Shown here piece after piece: positions 21,129 to 30,454 of a stretch of DNA of 64,000 bases. This DNA is from Candidatus Sumerlaeota bacterium (GTDB taxonomy: Bacteria; Sumerlaeota; Sumerlaeia; SLMS01; JAHLLQ01), in contig JASGMJ010000005.1 in NCBI GenBank assembly GCA_030156535.1, positions 104,930 through 168,929 of the forward strand. Reading direction: 5' to 3'. Every line of letters starts with the position of its first letter. The stretch's first letter is position 1. The translations under genes and the position numbers were made by a program. Under the pieces are notes generated by a model. The model did not search any database. It was not told the DNA's origin and saw only the letters and a program-made list of their open reading frames with translations.

Positions 21129-22714
21129 CAGGCCCGCCGCCGCCCCGCCACCGGAGGCGGAGCCGCCGTTCCGTCGAAGTTCACCAGCGGCACTTCGAGG
21201 CGCTCGTAGGGGAGGTGCTTCTCCGGCAGCACACGCGCCGCGGCCGCCAGAATCGCCCCGGCCAGCACAAGGCCCGCCAGCGGCAGGTAGCGCCAAATCT
21301 CGCGCGGCACGTCCTCGGGCGGAAAGAACCACTGGCCCGTGTAGAAAACTTTCAGAAACGTGAACTGCGGAATCGCCAGCTTCGTGGCGAAACCGGCCGC
21401 GTCGAGCACCTCGTGCGGATTGCCCTGCGGCAACTGTGGGTCCATCAGCGCCAACGGCACGTTGAGCGCCAACGCAACGACACCTGCGCCAACAAAGGCC
21501 CACCACAGCCACGCGGGGCGGTCGCGGCGACACACTTCCGCCAACCCCATCGGCAGCGCCACCATCATCGGCAGCATCAGCCGCGGGCCCATCGCCCAGC
21601 CACCCCACCACATGTAGTAGCCGCTGTTGAAGACCAGATACGCCACGAAGGCCCACAGCCCCAGCCAGCCCCACAGCCTCCGCCGTCCGGCCGAGCGCGT
21701 TCCGAGTACGCAACCCGCCAGCGCCAGCACGATCCACGGCGACCAGAAGAGCACGCCCCGGTAGGGGTGCAGCGTCAGGAACCACGCGTTTGCGGGCTTC
21801 GGCGTGCGGATTCCCATGAAGCCCTGCTGCATCGCCTCGCGGAACAGCGGCCACGCTTCGTACTCGTAGGGAATACCCACGCGCCCGAAAATCGCATAGG
21901 TGTAGGCGAAGAACAGCACGAGCGGCAGGGCCCCGGCCACGGCTCCGGCGGCCAGCAGCACTCCCCCGCCACGCACCGCCGTGCGCGGTCCCTGCATCTC
22001 CGCAAAGCACCGCATTCCCTTCAGCCCGGTTTGGTCCGCCAGCCGCAGCAGGTACACCACCCCGATGCCGATGACCATCAGCCCGAAGATGAAATCGCAG
22101 ATCATGGCAAAACCGCACAGCAGCCCAATCGCAGCGCTGTTGCGCACGGTCAACCGGTTCGCAGGGGGGTAGAGCAGCACGTACAACGCCCCCAGGCACG
22201 CCGCGATCCCGGGAATGTACGGCATGAAAATCGTCGCGTACCCAAACCACATCGAGCCGAAGAGCGCGGCCATGACGGCGAACAGGGCACGGCGCGGAGG
22301 AGCGCCGCCGCGTACGAGCAGCAGCCACAGCAGCGCCGCCGAAATCGCCCCCGGCAACGAAACGGCCAGCAGGCGCAGCACGTAGACCTTCGCCCAGAAG
22401 GACCACTCGACGTTGAACAACGCCCCGGCCGCCTGCATCGCCGCGTAGGGGGGCACCGCCAGCAGGCTGACGCCAAACACCTTGTCGCTGTAGTAGCGGT
22501 CCTCGAAGACGGCTTTGTCCATCGTGTGCGTAATGGTGCCTTCCTCGTGGTAGCCGTCGATGGAGAAGGAACCCTCGTCGACGATGGCAAAGACCAGCGC
22601 GAGGCGGCTGTTGACGTTCCAGCCCGTACTGCGCTGGTGAATCAGCCCCAAAATCACCAGCGTGGCGGCGAAAACGGCGAGGGCGCCGAGCTTCATCCAG
22701 GGCGGAAGCACCAT
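21128..22714 (-). CDS. Polytopic membrane protein, putative GT-C-type glycosyltransferase
   Basis: More than 12 TM helices, an aromatic-rich periplasmic loop and a C-terminal soluble segment. ATG (MVLPPWMKLGAL) at 22714 within ORF 21128..22807. Family assignment is weak. Confidence 0.45.
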   Translation of the reverse strand: MVLPPWMKLGALAVFAATLVILGLIHQRSTGWNVNSRLALVFAIVDEGSFSIDGYHEEGTITHTMDKAVFEDRYYSDKVFGVSLLAVPPYAAMQAAGALFNVEWSFWAKVYVLRLLAVSLPGAISAALLWLLLVRGGAPPRRALFAVMAALFGSMWFGYATIFMPYIPGIAACLGALYVLLYPPANRLTVRNSAAIGLLCGFAMICDFIFGLMVIGIGVVYLLRLADQTGLKGMRCFAEMQGPRTAVRGGGVLLAAGAVAGALPLVLFFAYTYAIFGRVGIPYEYEAWPLFREAMQQGFMGIRTPKPANAWFLTLHPYRGVLFWSPWIVLALAGCVLGTRSAGRRRLWGWLGLWAFVAYLVFNSGYYMWWGGWAMGPRLMLPMMVALPMGLAEVCRRDRPAWLWWAFVGAGVVALALNVPLALMDPQLPQGNPHEVLDAAGFATKLAIPQFTFLKVFYTGQWFFPPEDVPREIWRYLPLAGLVLAGAILAAAARVLPEKHLPYERLEVPLVNFDGTAAPPPVAGRRRA

Positions 22715-22964
22715 GCGGTTGCGGGGGTCGTTGGCTGGTTCGGGCAAAGGAAGTCCACCTTCAGGTTTCGCCGGTTGTGCCGGGAGGCACGGCGGGCGAC
22801 AAGGCAAAGGAGCGGGAGAAGTCTTCAGTTCTCGGTTCTCGGTTTTCCGTCTTGATCCCGCCGGGCCGCACGTTGCGCTTACAAAACAGAGATCGAGGGC
22901 TTTGAGAGCCTCCTGCTGAGAAGGATTGCCTTCCCCAAAGGACCGTGCTAACAGGCAGACCTTG

Positions 22965-23678
22965 ATGGAGGGTGGCTTAATGCTTCCAGGGATACTTCAT
23001 TCAGGCTGCGAGCCGATTCCCGTGCTGTTCTTTCTGTGGAGCGGCCCGGCGAATGGTGCGGGATTCCTTGCGGGTTCGCTCGCCGTCTTCGTGCTTGTGA
23101 TTGCGGCGAAATGCGCGATCTTCGGCAGGCTCGGGCCCGAAGGGTTCGGCGTGAATGCCTGGCGGATGCTCCTCGCCAATATCGTATCGACGGTGGCGGG
23201 ACTGTTCGTCGGGGGCTCATTTGCAAGCAGCGCGTTTTCCTTGCTGATGCTCTTGGCCCTGATCGTCCTGGCGTTTCCCGCCGGGCGGATTCTGACTCAG
23301 GGTCTGGCGGGGACGAAGTGGGAGAAGACCAGCGGCGCGAAGTTGGCGGGGATTCTGCTGGTCCTCGCGATCTTCTCCTCCGTGGCGTTCACCGTCTTCC
23401 TGATAAGCATTCATCCCGACCTGCATATCGTTCTGTATTGGACCGTGAAGGTCGCCACTCTCTTCTGCGGACTGGGGACTTCGATCGTCCTGACGTCGAT
23501 CCTGGAGGCTCTGGTCATTGCGAGAATCTCTCCGGTGAATGATCATGGGGAGATTCTCCGCGCCGCCGTTGCAGCGAACCTTTGGACGTTCTTCGGCGTT
23601 TTCCTGATCGGCGCGATCATCGCGTTTCCCGTCCGGATGAAGCGCCCCCGGGATTTCCTGATGCCGCGCTCGTGGTAG
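22965..23678 (+). CDS. Membrane protein, hypothetical (6-7 TM)
   Basis: Hydrophobic helices throughout. ATG at 22965 (alternative at 22980). Immediately upstream of the sulfotransferase gene. Confidence 0.45.
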   Translation: MEGGLMLPGILHSGCEPIPVLFFLWSGPANGAGFLAGSLAVFVLVIAAKCAIFGRLGPEGFGVNAWRMLLANIVSTVAGLFVGGSFASSAFSLLMLLALIVLAFPAGRILTQGLAGTKWEKTSGAKLAGILLVLAIFSSVAFTVFLISIHPDLHIVLYWTVKVATLFCGLGTSIVLTSILEALVIARISPVNDHGEILRAAVAANLWTFFGVFLIGAIIAFPVRMKRPRDFLMPRSW

Positions 23679-23784
23679 GCACGGGCGCGTTTCGCTTGCC
23701 GCGTCTTGCGCGCCCGCTTAGTTCCGGAGGTCTCCAGCCGACGCGCGAAATGGCAAGCAGGGCGGAAGAGGCAGTCCGGACTTC

Positions 23785-24651
23785 ATGACACTCCCGAACT
23801 TCATCATCGGCGGCGCCCCCAAAACGGGCACGACGTCGATCTATCATTACCTGCGCCAGCACCCCGACATCTATATGCCGGCCGACCGCAAGGAGCCGCA
23901 CTACTTCACGCACGCCTGCCACGAACCCGTGTCGTGGTACGAGGCGTTCTTCGAGGCCGCGCGCGGCGAGAAAGCCATCGGCGAGGCCAGCACCTGGTAC
24001 ATGAGCGACAACGAAGCACCCGGGCGCATCGCCGCGCTGCTCCCTGATGTCCGGATGATCTTCCTGCTTCGTCAGCCTGCCGAGCGCGCCTACTCGCACT
24101 ACTGGTACCGCGTCGCGCGCAGCACCCACGTCGCCGCCACGTCCTTCTCCGACGCCATCCGCAGCAACGACTTCGACGCCAAGGCCTACGTGGGCAGCAG
24201 CCTGTACGCCGACCACCTGAAGCGATGGGTGGAAGTCTTCGGCCGCGAGCGCGTACTCGTGCTCCTGCAGGACGATCTGAACGCCGACACGCAGGGGGTT
24301 CTCCGCCGCATCTACGAATACCTGGACGTCGATCCGTCCTTTCAGGCCGACACCCAGCGGCGCCACAACGTGACGTACTACCCGAAGAACATGCACCTGT
24401 TCCGCGCCGTGATCGGGCTGTACGAACCCGTCGAGCGCCTGATGGAGCGCGGACCGCTGCGCCGCGCCTGGTCGAGCACGCGCCGCCTCCGCCAGATCGG
24501 CCGCGATATGCTCTACACGCGAGACCGCAAGCGCCCCCCCGAGCCCATGTCCGAATCCGACCGCGCCTACCTGCGCGAACTCTTCCTCCCCCAGATCGAA
24601 TGGGTGGAGGAGTTCCTGCAGCGCGACTTGACGGCGTGGAAGGAATACTGA
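23785..24651 (+). CDS. Sulfotransferase (PAPS-dependent, Sulfotransfer_1-like)
   Basis: 5'-PSB motif GGAPKTGTTS at residues 9-18, 3'-PB-like RQPAERAYSHY, and conserved YEY...D elements. Confidence 0.8.
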   Translation: MTLPNFIIGGAPKTGTTSIYHYLRQHPDIYMPADRKEPHYFTHACHEPVSWYEAFFEAARGEKAIGEASTWYMSDNEAPGRIAALLPDVRMIFLLRQPAERAYSHYWYRVARSTHVAATSFSDAIRSNDFDAKAYVGSSLYADHLKRWVEVFGRERVLVLLQDDLNADTQGVLRRIYEYLDVDPSFQADTQRRHNVTYYPKNMHLFRAVIGLYEPVERLMERGPLRRAWSSTRRLRQIGRDMLYTRDRKRPPEPMSESDRAYLRELFLPQIEWVEEFLQRDLTAWKEY

Positions 24652-24857
24652 CCCGGAAACCGCGTGGGTCGTTCCGGCCTTCGCACGAGCGACGGCACTC
24701 CCACGACAAGTTCCCGTTCCCGATACCCGGAGTGTCTCGGAACTTCGGAAACCGAACCGCGAACCACGCGCCACGAATCACGCGCCCCCTCCCCTTTTGC
24801 CCTTGCGAAAGGCCCACTCCCCGCCAGTCTTGAGGCAGCACTCATTCGGGACGCGCC

Positions 24858-26072
24858 ATGATCGAACTCGACAAGGAGATGATCGCCTCGACGGCCGATT
24901 CGGCCGTTGACGATCCGCGTGCCCTCAACGAGGTCCTCGCGCTTCTCGACTCCACCTGGCTCGATCCCGAGGTCCACGCCCGTCCGACGCACTACAACAT
25001 CGCAACGTCGGTGGTGTGTAACATCAAGTGCGTCTTCTGTCCCCGCCAGACGTTCGGCCCCGAGATTGATTCCGGGTTCCTGAAGCCCGAGTTCTACGAG
25101 CCCGTCGTTCCGCATTTCGAAGCGGCGCTGCGCACGGGGCTGTTCGGACTCGGCGAGCCGTTTCTGAACAAGAAGTTCTTCGACTTCGCCGCCGACGCCA
25201 GCGCGCGCGGCACGTACACGATGACCTCCAGCCACGGGATGTCGCTCACCCCGGCGGTGATCGACAAGGTGATCGACTGCGGGCTGAACGAGTTGTGCGT
25301 CTCCTTTGACGGCGCGACGCGGCGGACGACGAACTTCCTGCGCAACGCGGCGGACTTCGACACGATCGTCGCGAACGTGACGGCGCTGCTGGCGCGCCGG
25401 CGCGAACTGGGCCGCAAGTATCCCCGCGTCCACATCAGCTTCACCGTCTCGAAGTACAACGTGTGGGAGATGACGAAAATCGTCCGGCTGGTGAAGCGCA
25501 TGGGCGCCGATCAGCTGGCGTTTTCCAACCTCGTGCTCGACCACCCCGAGCACGCCCACGTTTCCGCCGTCGGCACCAAGGTGTTCGACTTCAACCTGAA
25601 GCGCGCCCTGCGTCTGGCCGAGCAACTGGGCGTGAAGGCGAGCTACTTCCCCCAGATTCCCTTCCCGTTCCAGGAACAGCCGCAGCCTGCCATCGAGCCC
25701 ACCCAGCGCTGGGGATGCCCCGAAGCGTGGCGCGCCCTGATCGTCGAGAAGGACGGCACGCTCAAGCCGTGCTGCTACCTGAAGAACACGTTCGGCAACG
25801 TGCGCGACGGCGAGCTGCCGGAGTTGCTGAACGCGCCCAAGGCCGTCAATTTCCGCAAGCTGTTCACCGAGCGCCGCTACCTGAACACGTGCCGCGGCTG
25901 CGGGCAGTTCTACCGCATTTCCGACGAGGAGACGCTCGGGATTCTGGACACGGTGCAGCAGCGCATCGAAGCCGGAAACTTCAGCGCCGCAGGGCGGATT
26001 CTGCTGGAAGAGAAGCTCGCGTACTTTCGTGCGCTGTTCGAACAGTCGAAGGCCGAACGCAACGTCAGCTAA
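24858..26072 (+). CDS. Radical SAM enzyme with truncated SPASM (twitch-like) domain; paralog of 5918..7009
   Basis: CNIKCVFC (Cx3Cx2C), GEPFLNK, SFDG, and the C-terminal Cys set C-x17-CC ... CRGCGQ. It aligns along its whole length with the first radical SAM. Confidence 0.8.
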   Translation: MIELDKEMIASTADSAVDDPRALNEVLALLDSTWLDPEVHARPTHYNIATSVVCNIKCVFCPRQTFGPEIDSGFLKPEFYEPVVPHFEAALRTGLFGLGEPFLNKKFFDFAADASARGTYTMTSSHGMSLTPAVIDKVIDCGLNELCVSFDGATRRTTNFLRNAADFDTIVANVTALLARRRELGRKYPRVHISFTVSKYNVWEMTKIVRLVKRMGADQLAFSNLVLDHPEHAHVSAVGTKVFDFNLKRALRLAEQLGVKASYFPQIPFPFQEQPQPAIEPTQRWGCPEAWRALIVEKDGTLKPCCYLKNTFGNVRDGELPELLNAPKAVNFRKLFTERRYLNTCRGCGQFYRISDEETLGILDTVQQRIEAGNFSAAGRILLEEKLAYFRALFEQSKAERNVS

Positions 26073-26145
26073 GGACAAGGGAACGTGGCGGTGTCCCGTC
26101 CCGTCATGGATCGAGACCCGCACGGCCTTTCCGAATCAACGACTC

Positions 26146-27018
26146 TCACCGCACTGCGTTGAACAAAAGTTCCGCCTGCTCGGGGATTGCGGGGCCGGGA
26201 ATCGTGACGTGGGGATCGTCGAGCATCACGACGCGCGTCCTCCCTTTTGCGGCGGGGCCGAGGTACTCCAGCCACAACGTGCGCAGATGCGCGCGCTCCT
26301 CGTCCGTCCACGGTTCGCCGGTAGGCTTGTGTTCGATCACGACATCCGGGGGCTGGCGCATGAGAGCCTCGCGCGAGACGACGGGATAGCGAATCGCCGC
26401 TCCGGCCATGGCGTTGCGCGCGCCCACGAGGGCGAGCAGCTCGTCGAGGAACGTGTTCGGGCCCGCCGCGTAGACTTCGCGCAAAACACCGGGGGGATGT
26501 CCGACGACAAAGAGCACGGTGATGGGGTCGCTCGCCGCGGCCCGCTGGCGAACAGCAGCAAGACGCGCGTCGAAGTCCTTCACGAGTTCCTTCGCACGCG
26601 CGCCGCGGCCGATGCGTTCGCCCATCGAGAGAATCCCGGCACGCACGTCGGCGATTGTCTCGGCCTGCACGTTGATCGTCTCGATTCCGCGTTTGTCGAG
26701 TTCGTGCAGAACATCCGTTGTCGAAGCGAAGTAGAATACAAGGTTGGGGCGCAGCGCGAGAACCTGCTCCAGGCGAAGATCGTGCAGCCCGCCAACACGC
26801 GGCTTGGTGCGGGCCTCGGCGGGGTACTGGCAGAAGTCTGTGACGCCGACGAGTTGATCTTCGGCGCCGAGAGCATAGAGCGTTTCCGTCAGGCTCGGCG
26901 CGAGCGACAGAATGCGCAGCGACGCCGTCGTCGGCTGGTCGTTCGCGTTGGCCAGTGAACAGACCAGCGTGATGGCAACGGCGAACAGCGTTCGCAGGAA
27001 AGCGCGAAGACGGATCAC
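26146..27018 (-). CDS. Periplasmic substrate-binding protein, BtuF/FecB (Peripla_BP_2) family
   Basis: GTG start giving the signal peptide MIRLRAFLRTLFAVAITLVCSLANA. Class III binding-protein pattern LRILSLAPSLTETLYALGAEDQLVGVT. The start overlaps the stop of the upstream gene. Confidence 0.7.
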   Translation of the reverse strand: MIRLRAFLRTLFAVAITLVCSLANANDQPTTASLRILSLAPSLTETLYALGAEDQLVGVTDFCQYPAEARTKPRVGGLHDLRLEQVLALRPNLVFYFASTTDVLHELDKRGIETINVQAETIADVRAGILSMGERIGRGARAKELVKDFDARLAAVRQRAAASDPITVLFVVGHPPGVLREVYAAGPNTFLDELLALVGARNAMAGAAIRYPVVSREALMRQPPDVVIEHKPTGEPWTDEERAHLRTLWLEYLGPAAKGRTRVVMLDDPHVTIPGPAIPEQAELLFNAVR

Positions 27019-27701
27019 TTCGCCACTGCCCCGGGCTCCATGTCTGTTCCGCCCACAACGGTGCGCACGGAAAAGTCGGAGTACATCGCATGTTCGAGAC
27101 GGCCCTCGTCTTCGCCTTCGCCCCACGGGTATCCATAGTCCGCCGGGTAGGCCGGATACGACGACGCATACCATCCCATCTCGGGCGGCAGGAACAGATT
27201 GCGCAGAATCCACACGTCGCCGTTTTCAATGTTTCCCATGCCGCCCGCATGCCCGCCCGAGGAGAGCGCGGAACTGTTGTAGGCGTAGCGGAAATTGTGG
27301 AAGCGCGGATAATCGTTCTTAATCGTCTTCCCGCCCTGGTAGAGCTTGAGGTACTTCGGCGTGAAGAGCGTGTGCCAGTCGGAGATGTACTTGTAGTCAA
27401 CGAGCACCCAGGGCACGCCGTCCCATGATCCGCCGGCGGCGGGGCCGTTGCCCACAGGCGAGCCGAGGCCCGTGTGCGAGGAGAACGGCCCGGCTTCGCG
27501 GTCGGCGGGCGGCAGGTGCCCCCAGTCCGTCAGGTACATTTGGAGGGCCGATCCGACGACCTTCATGTTCGCCGCGTCGGCGGCCTTGCGCGAGCGTTCG
27601 ATCGCCAGACGCATGTTCACCATTCCGATGGCCGCCAGGATGGCGATGATGGCCACGACGATCAGCAACTCGATCAGGGTGAAGGCATTCTTTCTCATCA
27701 C
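27015..27701 (-). CDS. Prepilin-type N-terminal cleavage/methylation domain protein (DUF1559/H-X9-DG family)
   Basis: MMRKNAFTLIELLIVVAIIAILAAIGMVN followed by the typical DUF1559 body. Starts and stops are coupled on both sides. Confidence 0.8.
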   Translation of the reverse strand: MMRKNAFTLIELLIVVAIIAILAAIGMVNMRLAIERSRKAADAANMKVVGSALQMYLTDWGHLPPADREAGPFSSHTGLGSPVGNGPAAGGSWDGVPWVLVDYKYISDWHTLFTPKYLKLYQGGKTIKNDYPRFHNFRYAYNSSALSSGGHAGGMGNIENGDVWILRNLFLPPEMGWYASSYPAYPADYGYPWGEGEDEGRLEHAMYSDFSVRTVVGGTDMEPGAVAK

Positions 27702-29023
27702 TCGTACCTCTGCCAGTGGCGGGCTGCGGCGGGTTCATACGCGCGCACAAACCAGAGCGCGCCCGTCACGGAATCGACCTGTTCCTCGTAGATGACGGTC
27801 GGTTCGCCGGCTGCGTTGAGCACGAGCTCGGGGCGGAAGTACGCGCCCGCGTGATCGCTCAGCGCCAACTCTTCCTCACGCGTCCACGTTCCGGCGGCGA
27901 AGCGTGCGTAGTAGACTTGGGCACTCGCTGCGCCGTCGCGGTAGTCCACCCACACGGCGTGCAGATTTCCGTCGGCGTCAACTTCGAGATCACCGCTCTC
28001 CTCCGCGTAGGCGGGATTCGCGGCGATGTCGATGGCGGCCTCGAACGTGGACGTTCCAGCGGGGCGCCGAATCGCGCGCACGTCGGAGGCGGCCCCCACG
28101 CGGTCGGTGGCGACAACCCACACGTCGCCGTTGGGCGCGGCGGTGATCTTCGAGGCGAAGTCGTGCCCGCCCGTGGCCGTGCGGATCGTCTGCACCGTAA
28201 CGGGTGCCGAGGGATTCGGAAGCGCGGCGAAGTACGTCGGCGCGGCCCCGCCAAAGCCCGACGTCCACACGCCGTACAACGTGCCGTCCGCGGCGCGGAC
28301 GATGTCGGGCGTGGAGTACGCGAAGAGCGCTCCCTGCGCGGCGGCGTCCGTCAGGCGCAGCGTATCGAGCGCCTCGGCTGCGTTGAATACGCCGCTGGCG
28401 TCCGAGTGCTTCGCGTAGATGTCGGCGTTGCTGCCGCTGCCGCGTGCGAAGTCGTACCACACGATGCTCACGCGCCCCTGGCTGTCGATCGCCACGCGTG
28501 GCGTGTAGCCGTTGTCGCCCGTCAGCAGCGCGTTGTTCGTTTCCGTGATGCGGATGTCGGCGGTGGAGAAGTTGCCCCCGGCGGGTTTGCGGTCCGCGTA
28601 AATTTCGATGTTGTCGATGGAGTTGCCTGCGGTGCTCGTGTGGCGGTAGTCGTGCCAGACGACCCAGACGTCGTCGTTGGGTGCGATGGCAAGCGAGGGA
28701 TGGCGTCCGCCGATGTGCACGGGGCCGCTGCCCTGATCGGCTGTGGAGTCGTCGATGGCGGTTTGCGCCGACCATCCTGACGCCTCGGTCCATTCGCGGT
28801 GGTAGACATGGGAAGGTTCGGCGGCCGACGTGGCGAAGGCGCCGGACCAGTAAACGAGATGCAGGGCACCGGTGCTGTCGAAAGCCGCCGTGTGATTGGG
28901 GTTCTTGCTCATCTCGTACTTGGCGGCGCCATCGGTCAGGAGTTCGGGCGCCGTGAAGAGCGTCTGGGCGCCCACGGTGGCGGGCGCGAGCGCCGCGATT
29001 GCGAGTGCGGAAAACTTGTTCAT
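27698..29023 (-). CDS. Secreted beta-propeller-like repeat protein (W-x-D/V-W/Y repeats)
   Basis: Signal peptide MNKFSALAIAALAPATVGAQT. Recurring blades WVVWHDYR, SIVWYDFA, YGVWTSG and HAVWVDYRDG. Confidence 0.55.
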   Translation of the reverse strand: MNKFSALAIAALAPATVGAQTLFTAPELLTDGAAKYEMSKNPNHTAAFDSTGALHLVYWSGAFATSAAEPSHVYHREWTEASGWSAQTAIDDSTADQGSGPVHIGGRHPSLAIAPNDDVWVVWHDYRHTSTAGNSIDNIEIYADRKPAGGNFSTADIRITETNNALLTGDNGYTPRVAIDSQGRVSIVWYDFARGSGSNADIYAKHSDASGVFNAAEALDTLRLTDAAAQGALFAYSTPDIVRAADGTLYGVWTSGFGGAAPTYFAALPNPSAPVTVQTIRTATGGHDFASKITAAPNGDVWVVATDRVGAASDVRAIRRPAGTSTFEAAIDIAANPAYAEESGDLEVDADGNLHAVWVDYRDGAASAQVYYARFAAGTWTREEELALSDHAGAYFRPELVLNAAGEPTVIYEEQVDSVTGALWFVRAYEPAAARHWQRYE

Positions 29024-29110
29024 CAACGCATTGTTCATCAACGCAGCCAATCCCTTCGGGAAGATCCCGGCGCTCCGATGGTGGGGAGCGCCGGGAGGTC
29101 GAGGGTTGTG

Positions 29111-30454
29111 TTACTCAAGAACGAGCCAGTCGGCGACGCCTGCGGAGGCCGGCACGGCAAGTGCCGTGAGGTTGCCGCCCGCGCGGAACGTGAAGACCGA
29201 TCCGTCGTCGTCGATGCTGACGGTGCCCGTGTAGTTTTCGGCGGCCGCGGAGCTGCTGGCCACCGCACCGTTCACGGGATCCAGCCGGAGCAGGAACGTG
29301 TTCGCCGCCGACCCGAAGCCGTTGTCTGTCGCGCAATACAGCGCGTCGTTCACGGCGACGACGTAGTTGCGGAAGATGTACTGCCCGCCGCCAAAGAGAT
29401 CGGCGGAGAACGTCTGCGCTCCCGTTGCCGGATTGTAGCCGCGAAGGTCCGCGTCACCGTAGGAACCGCCGATGCCGTAGAGCGTCCCGCCGGCGAGAAG
29501 CGGCGGCGAGTCCGTGCCGATGGCCGGGTAGAGCGACGCCGCGCCCGTTGCCGCGTCCACGACAACGAGGTCGCCCGTGGCACTGAAATCGTAGCTGAAG
29601 GCATAGACGGTGCCGCCATCGAGCACGAGATCGCCGTAGAACTGGCGCCCCCCCGTGTTCCACGGTGAAGCCACCGTCGCGTGGTTCCAGACCTCCACTC
29701 CCGTCGCCGCGTCATACGCAACGAGGCCGCCGTTGCCCGAGCCGTCCTGCGCGTCGGTGATGACGAGTTGCGTTGCTCCAAGATCGGCGAACAACGGACT
29801 CATCTGCCCCGGTCCGCCGGGAGCGGCGAACCACTCGACGCTGCCCGTTGCCTGGTCCAGCGCGACGATCTGGCTGTCTCGCGTCGAGCCGAACCCCTTG
29901 TACGTCTTGATGAACACGTTGCCCGCGCCGAGCGAAGCCGAACTGTTGATGATGTCGTACTCGCCGTTGGCATCGGTGTTCGTGGCAGTGAGGGGCGTTG
30001 ACCAGACGGCCGTGTTGGCGGGCACCGTTTCGTCGAGATCGAACTTTGCGACCTGTGTTCCGCAGCCGTAGTAGAGTGCGCGTCCGGCCGGATCGATGAC
30101 GGGCGCCGCAACCGAGCCGTAGCTGATCGAGTTGCCCGCAGGGAGATCGGCGCTCGTCCACGCGGACGAGCCGTCCGCCTTGTTGAACCCTTGGATGCGG
30201 ACGGCCGTGTCGAACTCGACGGCGTAGACAACGCCATCGAAAACCAGGGGCTGAGCCCCGGCATTGAGGTTGCCCGTGCCCGTCGACCACGACGGAACGG
30301 CGGTGGCAAGATCGGTGAGCTGTGCGTTCACCGCGACGGCGGCGTTGTTCGTGCCGTCGCGATGCGCGCCGAGCCAGTCGGCCTGGGCTCCGGCCGCGAG
30401 ACCGGAAACGAGAAGACCGAAGGCGAAAGTGCGTAATGCGTGAATTCGTGGCAT
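29111..30454 (-). CDS. Secreted PQQ/BamB-like beta-propeller repeat protein
   Basis: Signal peptide MPRIHALRTFAFGLLVSGLAAGAQA with AGGGGA before the ATG. Repeated blades of the form G-x-VYA/ALD-x-ATG-x-x-xW. Confidence 0.6.
   Translation of the reverse strand: MPRIHALRTFAFGLLVSGLAAGAQADWLGAHRDGTNNAAVAVNAQLTDLATAVPSWSTGTGNLNAGAQPLVFDGVVYAVEFDTAVRIQGFNKADGSSAWTSADLPAGNSISYGSVAAPVIDPAGRALYYGCGTQVAKFDLDETVPANTAVWSTPLTATNTDANGEYDIINSSASLGAGNVFIKTYKGFGSTRDSQIVALDQATGSVEWFAAPGGPGQMSPLFADLGATQLVITDAQDGSGNGGLVAYDAATGVEVWNHATVASPWNTGGRQFYGDLVLDGGTVYAFSYDFSATGDLVVVDAATGAASLYPAIGTDSPPLLAGGTLYGIGGSYGDADLRGYNPATGAQTFSADLFGGGQYIFRNYVVAVNDALYCATDNGFGSAANTFLLRLDPVNGAVASSSAAAENYTGTVSIDDDGSVFTFRAGGNLTALAVPASAGVADWLVLE

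Noticed and set aside
21215-22855. 546-aa plus-strand ORF antisense to the polytopic membrane protein gene
   Set aside because: It is Arg/Gln/His-rich low-complexity sequence with no domain signal. The minus-strand gene has coherent TM topology.
24664-24861. 65-aa ORF whose stop overlaps the radical SAM start codon (ATGA-type coupling); considered as a RiPP precursor peptide
   Set aside because: It has no ATG (a GTG start would be required) and no RBS. Its composition (Ser, Thr, Arg, Pro) looks like translated GC-rich spacer. It has no leader or core features such as Cys pairs or a GG motif. The radical SAM enzymes also lack an RRE domain. I cannot support it as a gene.
26029-26958. 309-aa plus-strand ORF opposite the BtuF-like binding protein
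   Set aside because: The minus-strand frame has a clean signal peptide and a class III binding-protein pattern. The plus-strand product has neither.
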